From positions 2,480,001 to 2,544,000 of the forward strand of contig JAQGDQ010000003.1 of NCBI GenBank assembly GCA_030141605.1: a stretch of 64,000 nucleotides of DNA, given 5' to 3'. Shown one piece after another: positions 14,029 through 28,500 of the stretch (positions are counted from its first letter, which is position 1; every line of letters begins with the position of its first letter). Source of the stretch: Tubiluchus corallicola (Eukaryota > Animalia > Priapulida). The notes beneath the pieces are model-generated. The model ran no database searches and was not told the DNA's origin. It saw only the letters and a list, made by a program, of their open reading frames with translations. Made by a program: the position numbers and the translations under genes.

Positions 14029-14846
14029 TAGTGGCGTATTATCAAAAAAACACACTAGGCTCCTGCCTAGGGGCCCCAGTCTTTAGTGGCCCCTTCAGTC
14101 TGTTGGTTAAATTAAGCCTTAATTGTAGCAAAAAGGAAAAAAATTCAAAACCAAGCTTTTAATTGTCAGTTAATCCCAGCATTTAATACATAACTAGTTC
14201 TAAATTAGGAAAGCCTTTTGCCTAATTGTAAAAATCGTTATTCAGCAACGCTTCGTAACTCCCCTCGCTAATAACTAAGTGAATGCAAAAAAATTTAAAA
14301 TAGCATTAGTTGCTCGTTAATATTGGCCACCGAAAACCTTTGAAATGCAAGAATGACAGATTATAGTTTACTTATCAATATTAAATGACTAAGAAGGCCT
14401 AGTATAATATCACTACATTGGTATGTAGGCTTACAGATACTTCAGGGCCATGAAATAACTTTTTGTTTTATGCGTCAAGAAACAAGTAAAACAATGAGTA
14501 CAAATTCATAATTGGCAGTTAGGAATAGACACTGTGCGGTCATACACGCAGTTTTGACCTTTTTGCTAATCGAAACTCAAACCAGTTTTGGTAACCTGGG
14601 TTGCCGGTGACGAGATTGTGGCCTAATTTGTAGGCACCGATGTTTGTTTTGTCGAATCAACGTTAAAATCAATTACCAATTTTACCAGTTTAAACATTCA
14701 GAATCCAAAATTTTTTATTGCCAGAGTTGGCCTCAAAAATATCTCAAATTCAGGAAATGCGTCGGTTTTCGGGGCTTCATCCCCAGATCCCTAGCCTAGC
14801 TGGTGTGCCTAATGGCCCTATAATAATAGCTCTTAATCCGCCACGG
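14029..14846. mobile_element. Degenerate hAT-like non-autonomous DNA element
   Basis: Imperfect inverted ends TAGTGGCGTATTA ... TAATCCGCCACGG with GGGCCCC/GGCCC subterminal motifs at both ends. No clear target-site duplication (TSD). Confidence 0.4.
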
Positions 14847-14991
14847 CGTATATATGAAATGAGTTTATGGCTTCATGTGATATATGTGCAATTGTACATA
14901 TATGAACAAATTTTGTGGCTTCAAAATTGACAAATGCTTGTGATAATTAAGTCGTGGTGCGACTTTGCAAATTGACCCACCCTGTAAATGT

Positions 14992-15064
14992 GACTGCAGT
15001 CTGTAGTTAGATTGCAGTCTAACTAGACTGTAGACTGTAGTCTGTAGTTAGACTGTAGTCTAAC
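14992..15064. repeat. Short tandem/palindromic GACTGTAGTCT repeat cluster
   Basis: gactgcagtctgtagttagattgcagtctaactagactgtagactgtagtctgtagttagactgtagtctaact. Confidence 0.7.
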
Positions 15065-16926
15065 TTCACAAGTTTACAGATAGCTGTAAAAGTGAAGCAC
15101 AAAGCTATTTTACAACTTAACACAGACCTTTAATTATGATGGTGCAGTGGGACTTCCCACCTTACAAGATTACTCCAAACATGGAGTCATAATACAATAC
15201 TACAATTTTTAAACATACCATGAAACGTGGTTATAGTGTGACTGTACAATTTTACAGAAAAAGAAACAGTCTACAACCTACAGATATAACGCCTATAAAT
15301 CTCTATAACTTTAGGTGTCCGGAATCAAAAGGAAGAAAGCATGCTGCGATTTCACAAGTTTAAACATAACCTGCTTGCATTATGGTGCGAGTGATCACAC
15401 AATTGCAAATTTCGCATGGTTGCAGCTTCTATCGTGCGGATAGAGCCTCTGATTCAGCCGCTCGTATTAACCACAGGGGTAAATGCAGTTTAGAGAATTG
15501 CTTATAAGAAACTGTAATTGGCCTTATCATTCATTCTGTTTGCATGAAATGACTGGATCAATACTAAATACCAAGACGTAAATGCCCTTTTGTGGCGAGC
15601 GTTCCAAGAACCAATGTTTGTTGCTCGACCTACAGAAATGGTCAACCATGAAGTTTTTCATTGACATCGTCGCATAAGCAAGGCAAAACATGCAATTATA
15701 TACTGTAGTTTGTGTTGCGCCTTATAAGCTATATGTACAGTAAAGCAACTTCCCACAACTGTTATTTGGAGAAAGGTGGCTAAATTCCTTTGAAGACTAA
15801 AGAACCAATGTTAACCACCCGACATCCTATATGCTTTATACGTTCATGCGTAAAAATCACCTGGTATTGCTTTTAATAAACCCGTTTATCAGACTCGTGT
15901 TATTGTGTTATTTTTTCTGCGGGCATGTAGATCCAATAAATGGGTTCATTAAAAACAATATAAAGTGATTTTTACTCAGTAAAGCATAACGCATTCCGGA
16001 TGTTTCGTAAACGCCGCTTTAATTCACTCGATCCCATTGTGAGAAGTGGATTGTGTAATTATAAGAACACGGCAAAATAATTCAAAACGTTTTGACGTAT
16101 AATACTCTTGGATGGAGTGAGAGACAGTCAAAAATTAATAATGTTAATTCTATGAAATGATACAGGTAAAGGAGAAAAAGTTGGCTTTATATTTGCTAAG
16201 AAAAAATTGACAGGCTAAAAACCTTTAAGAAATTTATGAGGGAAAATATGTAGGTCCGTAAACGCAATTTTCTTCTTTCCCAAACGAACTAAACCAAATA
16301 AGCAAGTGATCCGTGAATTTTTAACAATGAAAAAACAAAAATCACGCAAATGTAGCTGTTTTTGACACTGACTGGAATGGCTTCAGTGGAAAGTAAGTAG
16401 CCTGAAAAGACTCACACATACTAAAAAATTCTCTTTTAGCTCGATTAAATAACGTTAGATGAAAGAAATTCTATGTGCATCAATATTACAGAAAGTTGGA
16501 CGCTCAAGCGCTAATAAATGTCGCAACTTTTTACTTAAACGGTCATGCTTTCTGATACAGGCTCAGTCGGGGGCGCTGCGACTGGATCAATGACTGCTTA
16601 AATAAGGTATCAATTCAACCCAGACCACGTCAATTATAGCTTAGCTATCATCCATCACAGCAGGATTATACTTAAAGTTTTACGCCTAATTACTTGTCAA
16701 CCAGCCACGTCTGCAGCAAAGGTGAAACCAGTGTTTGTTTTAATTTTAGACTAAGACCTCGCGTACTTTGCCTGACATTTGAAATTTCAGTCAAAGCTTT
16801 GAAAATACCAACTAACACTCTAAAACAAACGTGTATTTGACTTATCAGTGCAACTAAATGATAGTAAACTCAAACTTTTAACTAATACCAAATTATTAGA
16901 TGTCTGTCCAAGATTACTTTTTAAGG

Positions 16927-16936
16927 GAGAGCGCGA

Positions 16937-16971
<35 letters not shown>

Positions 16972-16980
16972 GAGAGAGAG

Positions 16981-17068
<88 letters not shown>

Positions 17069-17073
17069 GAGAG

Positions 17074-17160
<87 letters not shown>

Positions 17161-17164
17161 GAGA
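16927..17164. repeat. Long (GA)n microsatellite (~240 bp)
   Basis: Directly visible. It generates the spurious ER/SL ORFs in the track. Confidence 0.98.
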
Positions 17165-19648
17165 CATGGAAAGGAGACAAAAGGAAGGAGTTTTATAAAT
17201 AAAAAATAAAAGAACCAAGTAAGAGATAATTTGATATATTGGTTTCATTTGCTTACTATCCTCTGTATGGAGCCACTAATGTCATTTTGAAACATTTTCC
17301 AGTCGTACATTTAACTTACTGTCGAATGAGTAACAGTGATACTTTAAAAGCTTTTGTGTTTTTGTCGATTAAAGCAGTAAGAAATGGCTAGCAAATAATA
17401 ATTATTTCGGGACAATTTTACAAATTTTAAGCAAATCACACTGCATGAAGAATAGGTAATAGCAATGTTTTACATTGTCCACGATTCCAACAATTCACTA
17501 TAATGTTCATAATAAAGCTATGTATGTGGTATAGATAGGCGGCCTACCTACAACTGTGTACGATAAGAGAGTGTCGGGCACACGACAGCTTCTTGTAATA
17601 ACACCACAGCACAGCAAGTTCATGACAAATTTATTGCCAAACTTGTAAAATCCCTGCTGTTTTGATCATTATTCTAGGCTTATATTCTGATTTATACCTC
17701 ACGTAAGATCTTACGATCTGAAAAGTTGCCAGCCAGCTGACACTAATCGACTTAAGAACATGAAATTGATCACTCCTTGTTGATAGTATTATACATCATA
17801 TGGAAAGCAAGCAATGCTCATATCACGACTATACAGCGTATGCTGTTGCACAAAGTGTATAAGATCATAGAAAATAGCAGCCGCTTTAAGTGGTTCAGGT
17901 AAGACAGTACACATTGATACTCGAACGTACAACAGCTTATAATAAATATGGCTTCCTTGGTTAAATGATTTTCTTAATATGTAAACTATTAACCCGTATT
18001 TACCTTTTACGTGTGGTGTGCTTTTAGTGTTTTTTATTAAAAAGAAATTTAATGCTGTAAGGAATTTAGTAGCATCCAGTTAATTTAACGTGTGTAAATA
18101 TGGTCGACAGATGGCACTGCATGGTTTGGATAACATACCTAAATGTTTACGTACACCGGTTGCAGAATCATGTTTGGCATAGCAGAAACTAGCGCAGTTA
18201 TCTTTCTTGAAATGATTAATCTTTTGAAGTGTTCTTCTGTGTATGTTGGTATATTTGTGTGTGCGCGTGCATGTGTGAACGTGCATGCGTAAGTGTGCAT
18301 GTGTTTCCCCGTTGAACCCGACTGATGACTCGTGTGCTAATTTTATGCGCCTTGCGAATGTATGTGAATTGGTTTTACATAATAAGTTTGTATTTGAACT
18401 AGACGACGTTCTCTGGTTTAATCTTTTCGTGCAAACATGTCCAATTTCTTTTTATAACTTTATAATTATTTTTATGTTTTCTGTATCACAATGAAGTGTG
18501 TATAACTACACTACTGAACTATTTTTTTCGTCTCGAAGGCTTCAAAGAATATTAAATCGCAACCCTTCATCAGTCGAATGATATTTAATTCATAAGTACA
18601 CGAACCATGTTGCATTATTAACGCGCCCGTCACATTTGTTTTCATTCAGTGTTAGTTTGTCGCACAACACACGGATAAATCCGTCAAACCAAATGCACAT
18701 AAAACGGATATGCAATTGAAGAATTTGAACAGTTATTACTCAGTCACCCTCGTTTGGTCACCAGATAGCTTAAAAGTTAAATCAGCTGCTTAACCGACTC
18801 GAGACGCTAAAGCGACAATTTAGCCACTGCACCTAAGCTGGACATTTCTTTGAACCAAGGCACTTTAACTTAGTCTAGCGTAATGTCATTAACAACACAC
18901 TGCAAGTGCACGACAACAAGATACATCACTTAGCAGCACAACGTAGCATAGTGCAGTACAATATAACAAATGCAGTATCATGTAACACGTGATGTCATAC
19001 CACAGTCATAGCATAAATTCAATACTATACACCATAACACTTAAGTGGACTTATGTCAACCTAACTCAAAGTAATATGGCTGTCAAACCCAATTTCATTC
19101 AATTTAACGTCACATATTCGCAATAACTTACTAATTAAAATAATGTAAGTCGGCCACTCTTACCTGATTCTTTCTTCACTATAGCATAGATTATAGCTTC
19201 GTAGATGCTAAAAGAAAAACGAGAGAATGTAAATTATTTCCTTTTCAGTAGTAATCAACTTCAGCTAGGAATTTTAGGCTCTTTGTTGCATGTTTCTAGT
19301 TTCCTAGAACCGCGTTCACGTTGGCTGCAGTCAGTTCGTAATCCTGAGCAACAAAGCAAAGAAAAAAACAAAAAATATATAAAACTCTGCGAAGTATAAT
19401 AAGAAGTTATTCAAGTGGCAAGAAAGTGGCAAATTAAATAAAATCAGAAAGTAAAATAGCAGTTTACTTCGCTAATTATTTGTCATAGTCTATTAATGAA
19501 CTCTGGCATTTATTCACCATTAACATCTCTATACGTATTAAAAACCCTTGTTTGAAAATATGTACTTACTTTCATTATGGTTCATGTTTAAATGGTGACT
19601 GTTATAAAAAACGATGAGGCGAATAAGAATCGCGTTTTTAAAATTTAA

Positions 19649-19956
19649 TTATTATTATTATTATTATTATTATTGTTATTGTTATCGTTACCGTTACCGT
19701 TACCGTTACCGTTACCGTTACCGTTACCGTTACCGTTACCGTTACCGTTACCGTTACCGTTACCGTTACCGTTACCGTTACCGTTACCGTTACCGTTACC
19801 GTTATCGTTATCGTTATCGTTATCGTTATCGTTATCGTTATCGTTATCGTTATCGTTATCGTTATCGTTATCGTTATCATTATCATTATCATTATCATTA
19901 TCATTATCATTATCATTATCATTATCATTATCATTATCATTATCATTATCATTATC

Positions 19957-19999
<43 letters not shown>
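19649..19999. repeat. Compound microsatellite (TAT)n-(CGTTAC)n-(CGTTAT)n-(CATTAT)n-(TAT)n
   Basis: Directly visible ordered blocks. Confidence 0.98.
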
Positions 20000-22197
20000 C
20001 TTTTATTATTAACTATTAACTATTTTAAATAACAGACTACAATTTTATGCATTGTATTACAAAATAGCTACAGAAGCGCACTGTTGAAACCGTTTGGGTT
20101 TTTAATAAAGTGGTATTTAAATTAAGCAGTAAGATAAACTGCACTTATGTATCACTGTCATTCAGCTAATGGCACTTAAGATGGTTAGTGGTTATAAAAG
20201 GCCTACAATAATTAGCCTGAGAATTATGAAGCTTGTGGATTGGGAAGCATCAGCCAATGTGCAAAGTAGTCAACTCGCTTTGCCATCTCTTGTCAAGGTT
20301 ACTAGGCTTCAGGGCGAACCAAAACCCTTCGCCGGTTAAACAAATGAAAATGAATGGCGAGAGGAAAACATCAAAAGCCACTTTATTTTATGGATGTTCG
20401 CGTTGCATGTAATAATACATGTATGATTTTATTGTATAAGTATAATGCTGTGTAGACAGTAGACAGCAAGTTGTTATTGGTTAAAGGTGAGTAACTGTAA
20501 GACTAAAAAGACTTGGATTCGTATTGTAAAAACACAGCAAACGACTTCATTCAGAATTTCAGTAACCAAAAATGTTGCTTTCCCGGTGGCATGCAAACAG
20601 GTTGAGCCAGCCACAATTCTGCGTTTTCGAGCATATCCAGAGTTTTTCCCTCGCAATTTCAGCTAGTTTTTAATGGCAATAAAGTCAGCCGTGGTTGTAA
20701 AAGATGGCGTGAAGTTTTCTTCTCCATGAAAATAAGAATTTAAGTTGCTAAATTAAATAATAAGTTTAATTTTAGAACTCGTTTTGATCTAGGAGCACCA
20801 ATAGGTTAGCTTTTACAATACACGTCTAATATATTTATATTTATTTCTACAAGACTTAATAAATATCTTCTTAATTTTAGCGTTAGATCTAATGTACATG
20901 CTTAATGAAAATATCGTGAAAATCAAGGTAAATGCTTTCTTGAACTTGGACTTTATTGATGGGAAACCGTGCGGAGCGCTTGTTAATTTTATGTTAATCA
21001 TTGTAAACGTCTCCGTCTCTTCGGTCTGACTGCAGCTTTCAACAAATTACTTCTGCGTAGAGGACGCTCGCCTGACCTTGGGGTCTAAATTGCATCCATG
21101 GACTCCAAAGTCCGGATCAGAACAAATGACGGTAAGTTATCTTCTGAATTCAAAGCGGTATTTGCATAAACGAAATTAATCACTAGTGCAAGATGGGATC
21201 GACACAAAAACTTAATTCATTACATCATTGCCTTAAAAGCGCTGGCCATTAAGTGCTGCATCAATCTTTATCCGTATTTGCACAACCATCAAAAGAGTTA
21301 AGATTACATGAAATAACTAGCCGTTCAGTGCTTACTAAAAAACACAGATTACTTTCTTCTTTCTTTTTTTATCTTTTTAAAAGTAGAAATTTGCAATAGA
21401 TGCTATAGGGCCTATATATTACAGCCTGCATGTACATTAAGGCAGGATTTAAATGCTAACTGTCTTTTCAGGGCAGCGCCGGCACTAGTCCGGTCTGATC
21501 TGTTAGTGCGAATAATCGAATCATTTTATCAATGTCGGCTCGATTACGGACGGAATACATCAACATTTAAACACAAGCGGGACAAAATTCACCGAGAAAA
21601 AGGCAATTATTTTAAAACGGTTAAAACAAAGTTAGTATAGATCTTAAAAAGCACAGAAAGGGTTAGGTTTTCAATTTCGGCTTAAGATTTTAAGTTATTT
21701 TCTCGAACAGATTTTTCGAGTTTATGAGAGACAGTGTGGTTAATAGTTTCCATTTAAATTAAAAAATTTGAACCAAGTAACAAAGCAGATCTAGATCTAT
21801 ACGTCTGGGTTGAATAATATCCATATGTATCGTGTAACATAGATATGCTTAGTGTCACTTTTCTGAAAAATAATAGTTTTTGGTGCATGTTGTTAATTGT
21901 TGACGTATTAATTAATTCTATAGGTATTATACAGTCATAAATTACATATATTAAGGAAGACAAATAGATGCTTTAACGTTTAACGATAAACGTTTGCAGA
22001 ATTGTCCTCGTGTAGCCTGCTATAAAAATTAAATTGCAGTAAACTTTTGCTTAACATGCACCATTGGTAAAAACTCGAAAAACAAATGTTATATAAATGA
22101 TGATTAATTGTGTCGATCTAAATGAGTTGTTAATATTTATCAGGCACATGTAAGAAGCGTTTGCTCTTTGTCTCTTCCCCACACCGCGCCTCCTTGT

Positions 22198-22586
22198 CAG
22201 GGCCTATTTCAAGGGGGGAAGTGGGGATACTTCCCCGGGGCCTCACCCTCCAGTGGTAACAGCGGTTACCCGCCAAGGTAACATTTTTTGCTTTATGCGA
22301 ACATACTGCCTCCTCTCTCCCTCTCTTGCCGCACGCGCGCCGTTTGCCAGTATTGACAAGTATTAAGGACTGGTCTTGAGAATAAAACCTTTTAATTGTT
22401 CTTTCCTTTAACAACTGTATAACTCCATATTTTCTCTTTGAAAATGCTTCTCCGGCGTTCTAGCAGTTCAAAAAGTTTCTGGGCGCCAACAATGGTGGCG
22501 CCCGCCCCCTGGCGCATCGCCCCACCCCCGATGAGGCCTCACACGCCCCACTTCCCCGGGCCTCGCCTAGGCTGAAGTAGGCCCTG
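22198..22586 (+). mobile_element. hAT-superfamily MITE, copy 1
   Basis: Terminal inverted repeats (TIRs) CAGGGCCTATTTCA.../...TGAAGTAGGCCCTG. Decayed 8-bp TSD CTCCTTGT/CTCGTTAT. Near-identical to 25168-25545. Confidence 0.85.
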
Positions 22587-25167
22587 CTCGTTATTATGTT
22601 ACATTTTATGTGTGTACGTAATTAAATGCACATGTGTTTTCATATGATCACACATATGTATGTATGAATATAATTTAATGTATATTGTATACTTCTTGTT
22701 TGGTTAAAATAAACTTAAACTAAGGACCTTTTTTTACAAAAAAATGGGTTTCGATGGTTACTTTAACTAAACCACTAAATTACTGATCTCTTTATTGAGT
22801 AATTAATTATGGAGCACGTTAAATCTACGTGCTCTCATACTCCTGTTAACGCTTGGAGAATGCTGTAAATTTGCGACCTGACATTAGCATATTAAATCTG
22901 TTCACGACATTACCAGAGCCTGGGCGCACTAATTGCGCACTTGACGCAACAGTAATTAAGTATATTTTATGGGCTGAAAACCTTCAACAGCTTGCCAATG
23001 AACGCGTTAAATATGCAAAACTCAAACAAAAAACGCTTGTGAAAGAGAAATGAGCGCTGGCAAAAGTGTTGACTTCACAATCAACGAGCACATTATTGGA
23101 AACTTGTGCAGTTTATTCAGATTTATCGAGTTTAATTAACTTTTGTGAACAAACTTATTCGAGCAAAAGTAAATAATGTGTTTTAGGTGCACGAGAAACG
23201 GTACTGAAAGCGCAATTAAATCATAGATGTTTGTGAGATTGTGAATTTAGCGCAAATAAACACAATGACTGGATTCACGCAAGACATTAGATTCTAGAAA
23301 ATCTACCACTAGTATATATGCTGCTGCAGGGCAAGGCTAAGTGAATAGCAATTTTATTATGACATCGCCAAGTAACAAAAAATAATACTATAACAGTGTA
23401 ACAATTGCCATCACACTAATTAGGTGACTCATAAATTATAATAATCGTATTAATAATAATAAATGTGTCATGGTACCGCATAAATTGTTGCTTGCCTTTT
23501 AATCATAAGCACAGCTTATGGACTATGATAATGCAATTATTAATAGCAAAGCCCACCTGCAGATTCAGTGGCTCAGCTTAGAAGATTATCCTTGGTACAG
23601 TTGGTACTGGGCTAGGTCTGGTCTCGCCAGTACCATTTACTGATCGTCAGTTTGCACCAGTTTAGTTTACAGCGTGTCAAACTGATAGTACAAAAACTAC
23701 TGATGGCTTTTATGAATTAATGAATGAATAAATTACTAGATGAATGCGTAATTCGACAATGAATGAATGAGCAACGGACAAATAAATAGACGGACAAACG
23801 GTAGAGCTAACTGATCAATTAAATAAGTGAATACCAGGCAATCGGGCTTTTCAAATGGTCTGACAATTGATCAACCGATTAGCCAAAATCTACCAAGGTA
23901 AACACTGCCGCTCGACACGAGTCAGTTCGCTAGATAGCCATTCGAAGATCGCCGATCCATCAATCAGTCGGTTATTCTGGTTAGCGAGTCAGTCTGTCTT
24001 ACAGTATTAACGTACACAACTCAATTTTGATCAGAACTGCAGACCATTCAGCGTTTTAGATTTTGAATTTACCAGCAGCATATTGATTGAGTTTAGGAAA
24101 TGGGTAACCAACTGTTTTACTTCAAGCGAAATAATAAGTCAAGTAATGTATTAATGATTGAAAAATCTGTGAACGCGACAAAGCGACAAGTCTCTGACTT
24201 TGCCTAAGCAAGTTTTAAATTTGGAAACATGAAAAAACGTTGACTGTCTAATTAGAACAAGAATATTTCCCCGAAATAAAATTAAGCGAAAAATAAACGA
24301 TTGTACAAAAAATTTTGAAGACACATTGCACCTAGTAATTTTACATATTGCAGTTTTATGAGCTACGAAAAACCTACAAATAAACAAAATGATCTCATTA
24401 TCAACATTGTGATTATTGTTGTTTACCTTCCTTTGATTTATGAGCGTCCAACAAACAAATCTGTAGGCCACGTGATCTTCTTTACACCAAGCACATAGTA
24501 AGGTAGCTGTTTACGCATTCTTGCCTAGATTTTGTTAAATGGTTTCATCGTAAATCTTAGATTTAATTAACACTAAGCAACAGAGTGAGAAGACTTGAGT
24601 AGACCATTGCCATTAAAGATTTATCACACTAATGCTGAAAGATTACAGGCGTGGTAGGTTTAACTTTTTTTTTTCAAATTCATTCAGGTTGACAGCTTGA
24701 AACTTCCGAGCACTAACTGAAAAAAATGTAAACAGTATTTAATAAGTCACTCAGCCAGCCACCGAAAGTTTAGTCAATTAAAATCATTAGCTTAGTCAAT
24801 TAAAAAGCTAGCTAGCCAACCAACAACCTAATAACCTGCCCACCTGGTGATCAACAAATTAAGCATGCCAGACAACCAACCAACCATTCATCTGGTCACA
24901 TGAGTAATCATTTTTTGACATTAGAACCAAGTCAACCAATAGACTGATCCTTGTTTTGCATACAGTCCAGCTGCTTGAGCAATGATCGATTACATCAGCT
25001 TGTAATCACTCGAGGACCTCGGTTTGCATGAGATAGAACTTACTGACCCGGCAAATTAGACCACAATAAAACCAAACTCATGAATTATTGAGGTGGCTGA
25101 AATTTCTGCCAAGAAATGTCTCTCTGTACATTGAGGGAGTTAGTACATGTATATAAACTGCGACGTA

Positions 25168-25545
25168 CAGGGCCTATTTCAGGGGGGGGGGGAAGTGGGG
25201 ATACTTCCCCGGGGCCTCACCCTCCAGGGGGCCTCGCGCCAAGGTAACATTTTTTTGCTTTATGCGAACATACTGCCTCCTCTCTTGCCACACGCGCGCC
25301 GTTTGCCAGTATTGACAAGTATTAAGGACTGGTCTTGAGAATAAAACCTTTCAACTGTTCTTTCATTTAACAACTGTATAACTCCATATTTTCTCTTCGA
25401 AAATGCTTCTCCGGCGTTCTAGCAGTTCAAAAATTTTCTGGGCGCCTACCATGGTGGCGCCCGCCCCCCGGCGCATTGCCACACCCCCGATGGGGCCTCA
25501 CACGCCCCACTTCCCCGGGCCTCGCCTAGGCTGAAATAGGCCCTG
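25168..25545 (+). mobile_element. hAT-superfamily MITE, copy 2
   Basis: Perfect 15-bp TIR CAGGGCCTATTTCAG/CTGAAATAGGCCCTG and perfect 8-bp TSD GCGACGTA (25160-25167, 25546-25553). Confidence 0.92.
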
Positions 25546-28500
25546 GCGACGTATAATATTTATATATGATACTAAACAGAGTTATAACAATAGTACAAAG
25601 CAATGCGCTGAAACGTGAACCAAGGCGGCTTCAGATTAGACACCATGCTTTTACCAGGACCTGCGACCTGCTGCGTTGCTATCTAATGCCTCTCCCGAAA
25701 TAAAAAAGCCATGTGGCGTTTTTTTAAACGAAAGCTGGCAAAGAAATTCATTAGATCAACAATAACAAAGAAGTCTACACTTTCCAATAGCACAGGACAT
25801 ACTAATTTCCTGCATAATTTTACACGGCAATATTACAATATCGGCCAAGCATTCTATTGAAACCAGACCACGCCAGCATTCCTTACAGCTTACTTGCATT
25901 TGGCTTTTCATCTTTCTGAGTAATTGTATGTCGTTTTCGTTAAAAATATGAAGTTACTCCAAAAGCCTTGACACCAAAAGCATGTTTTAACTGCAACAAT
26001 TACAATTACAGGAATGGCATTAACAGTAGATACAAAGGACCTCTATGCCAAAGAAGTCCAGGAAGCCAATTAACCTATTCCGCAACCAGTGAACCGCTGA
26101 CGCATCACCTGATAGACGGCAGTACTGCGCTCCACATCATTCATAATTATACTGGTTTTTGTGGTTTTCTCTTTTTACATTCAAGTTTAATGCGTTTCTG
26201 TATGTGCTCAGGATTCTGTTATGCCTTCCAAAATGAGATGCTAACAGCTGAAATAGAACATTAATGATCTGAGCTGTTTGACCAGGTATTTACTCTTTCC
26301 AGCACCTGGTTAAAGGGAAATTCCTACAGAGTAACACTGTCCGTCTAATTGCCAGCACTAGAGTTACGCCAGCTCAACAATTACAAATCAATATTGCTTA
26401 TAAATATTTGAGTATAGGTAGCAAAGTGCCGGAATACGCCACATACAGAGAGCAAGCTGAGTCGGCGTGATTGATGTCCATATAAGGGCCCAGTTTAATG
26501 TGTTGCATGAATGAAGCGAATATGTGTACATTGAAGAAATAATACGCCAGAGTATATAAATGAAAATTACAGGGTAGGTCTACGTAAAACATTAAGATAT
26601 GAGACGGCTTCGCTTTTTAGTAGTATATCGACCAGGGCAATTAAAATCGCAGTAGGCAAATTGTTATTGTAATAGAATTTTTTCTGCTATACGAATGTTC
26701 ATTATTTCAGTAATTATTTTAATATGCAGTAATACTGGGTTTATTGCGTCGGCTCGTTCAGTTACTTTGTTTGTTGGTTTAAGTACTTTCCTCAAGATTT
26801 CTATTGTACCCTAAGGTTTTAATTAGACGCTGATCGCTTTGAAAGAAGACAAAAACACCGAAAAGATAAATTCTTGACGCACAGCACTTTCAAACAAAAT
26901 ATATAAATAGTTTTCATTTCATATTTGAGTCATTTAAGTAAAAAAAATATTGTGTGGCTAATCAGGAAGATAAGAAAATTTGGCAAAGCTAGCAATTAAC
27001 AGCAAGCAAGAGCGCACATTAACACTGCTTACCTGTCATTTTCTATCAAGTTTATAATTAATAGTCTGAGTCTAGGTGTCAGTTTTGTTAAAGGCACTTG
27101 CCTACATAGTGTATGTATTTATATGCAGTATGCAAACATGTGTTTATATGTGCAGAGCCTAACATTAGAATTCACATTCCATGAGACAGTAATGTGCCTG
27201 TGTCCACAGTATAAATTAAACAGGCTGCATACATACTAGGCTGCAAAAAATACCTATGAATTTTGGAAAAGTACTGTAGCTAATTAGAGAGAAGGAAATA
27301 ATATGTTACGCAGACGTCGCTAAGGCAAACTTTATTACATCAACATCGGCAAAAACAATGCTATCACATCATTTTAATACGCTAACCTGCGGTACTCACT
27401 AACTGCCTACACAGTAAAGAGACACTGCTACCCCATCTTTGAAACACTAACGTTTTGACCTTGACAAAATCGTCGAGTGTAGCAATTTTTAATGAATTTC
27501 AATCTTGCTAAGAAAGTTGATATGGTTGTCGTGTCAGCTTCATGCTGCGTTGTGTCGACATCTGTAGCCTGTATAGATAAACTTAGTAGAGAAGAGAATA
27601 AAAATGATTTATCCTATCATCTCGGAAAAAGGAACGAGCAATTTAGCCTTGAGGCTTTGCCCAAATAGGTCTAACAGCTTCACATTAATTAGAATACTGT
27701 ATGTGAAAGAAATATATTGAAGTATCCAACTATTAGGGAAATGATTTCTATATTTTTATAAAGTCAATAAGTTGTCAATAACACCAAGAATCAAATTGAT
27801 TGATCACTCAATCTTTCTTAACTAGTTACTGTCATTTAGCTTACACCATAATCAGTAAATGAAAAAAGGAGGATGAGTTAAACTTTAAAGGCTGGGTGCA
27901 GTGGCAAATATATCCACTAAAGTGAATTTACGGTGGCCAATAGCAAGAATAAGCAATCCTATTTACATTATGTTGAAAAGAAACAATGTTCATTTCATCA
28001 AGGATTACCAACAAAGTAATACCAGAATTACATTTCACTTGTATGTAAAAATAACCAACAATTATTATGACAGTCAATAATTTAAATTGTAAAAATTGCT
28101 GAATTTTTAACCAAACAACAATGAACTTTAACTATTACAACAGTTAATCACTTAAGCTAACAACCACCCACCTCCAAATATCTTAGAGAACTCATTTAGT
28201 ACAAAAATGGTGTGTGAAACACAAATGTCAAAATTCCAAGCACTTGCAGAAATAAAACATTATAACTTTGTTTTTACGCTTACTCGCAATACTTCGTTAA
28301 TATTAGATCTACCTGTATAATACTTATTCACAATGCTAAAAATTTTAATTCTGACAATGATCCCTGCACATATGTTTAGGCTAAAATTTGTTCTTGACGG
28401 CTAAAAACAATCTAATACACTATAGGGAACTACACTACATGTCACACCATTTTACGTCTCAAAAATATTATAACACGTCAAAAACATATTAAAAACATCA

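Noticed and set aside
13701-14162. 153-aa ORF
   Set aside because: GTG start, no recognisable domain, and it runs into a repeat element.
16820-17248. ORFs with long ER or SL dipeptide repeats
   Set aside because: They are translations of the (GA)n microsatellite.
19614-20032. ORFs with YR/YH, MI/TV and LP/LS repeats
   Set aside because: They are translations of a stop-free hexamer microsatellite.
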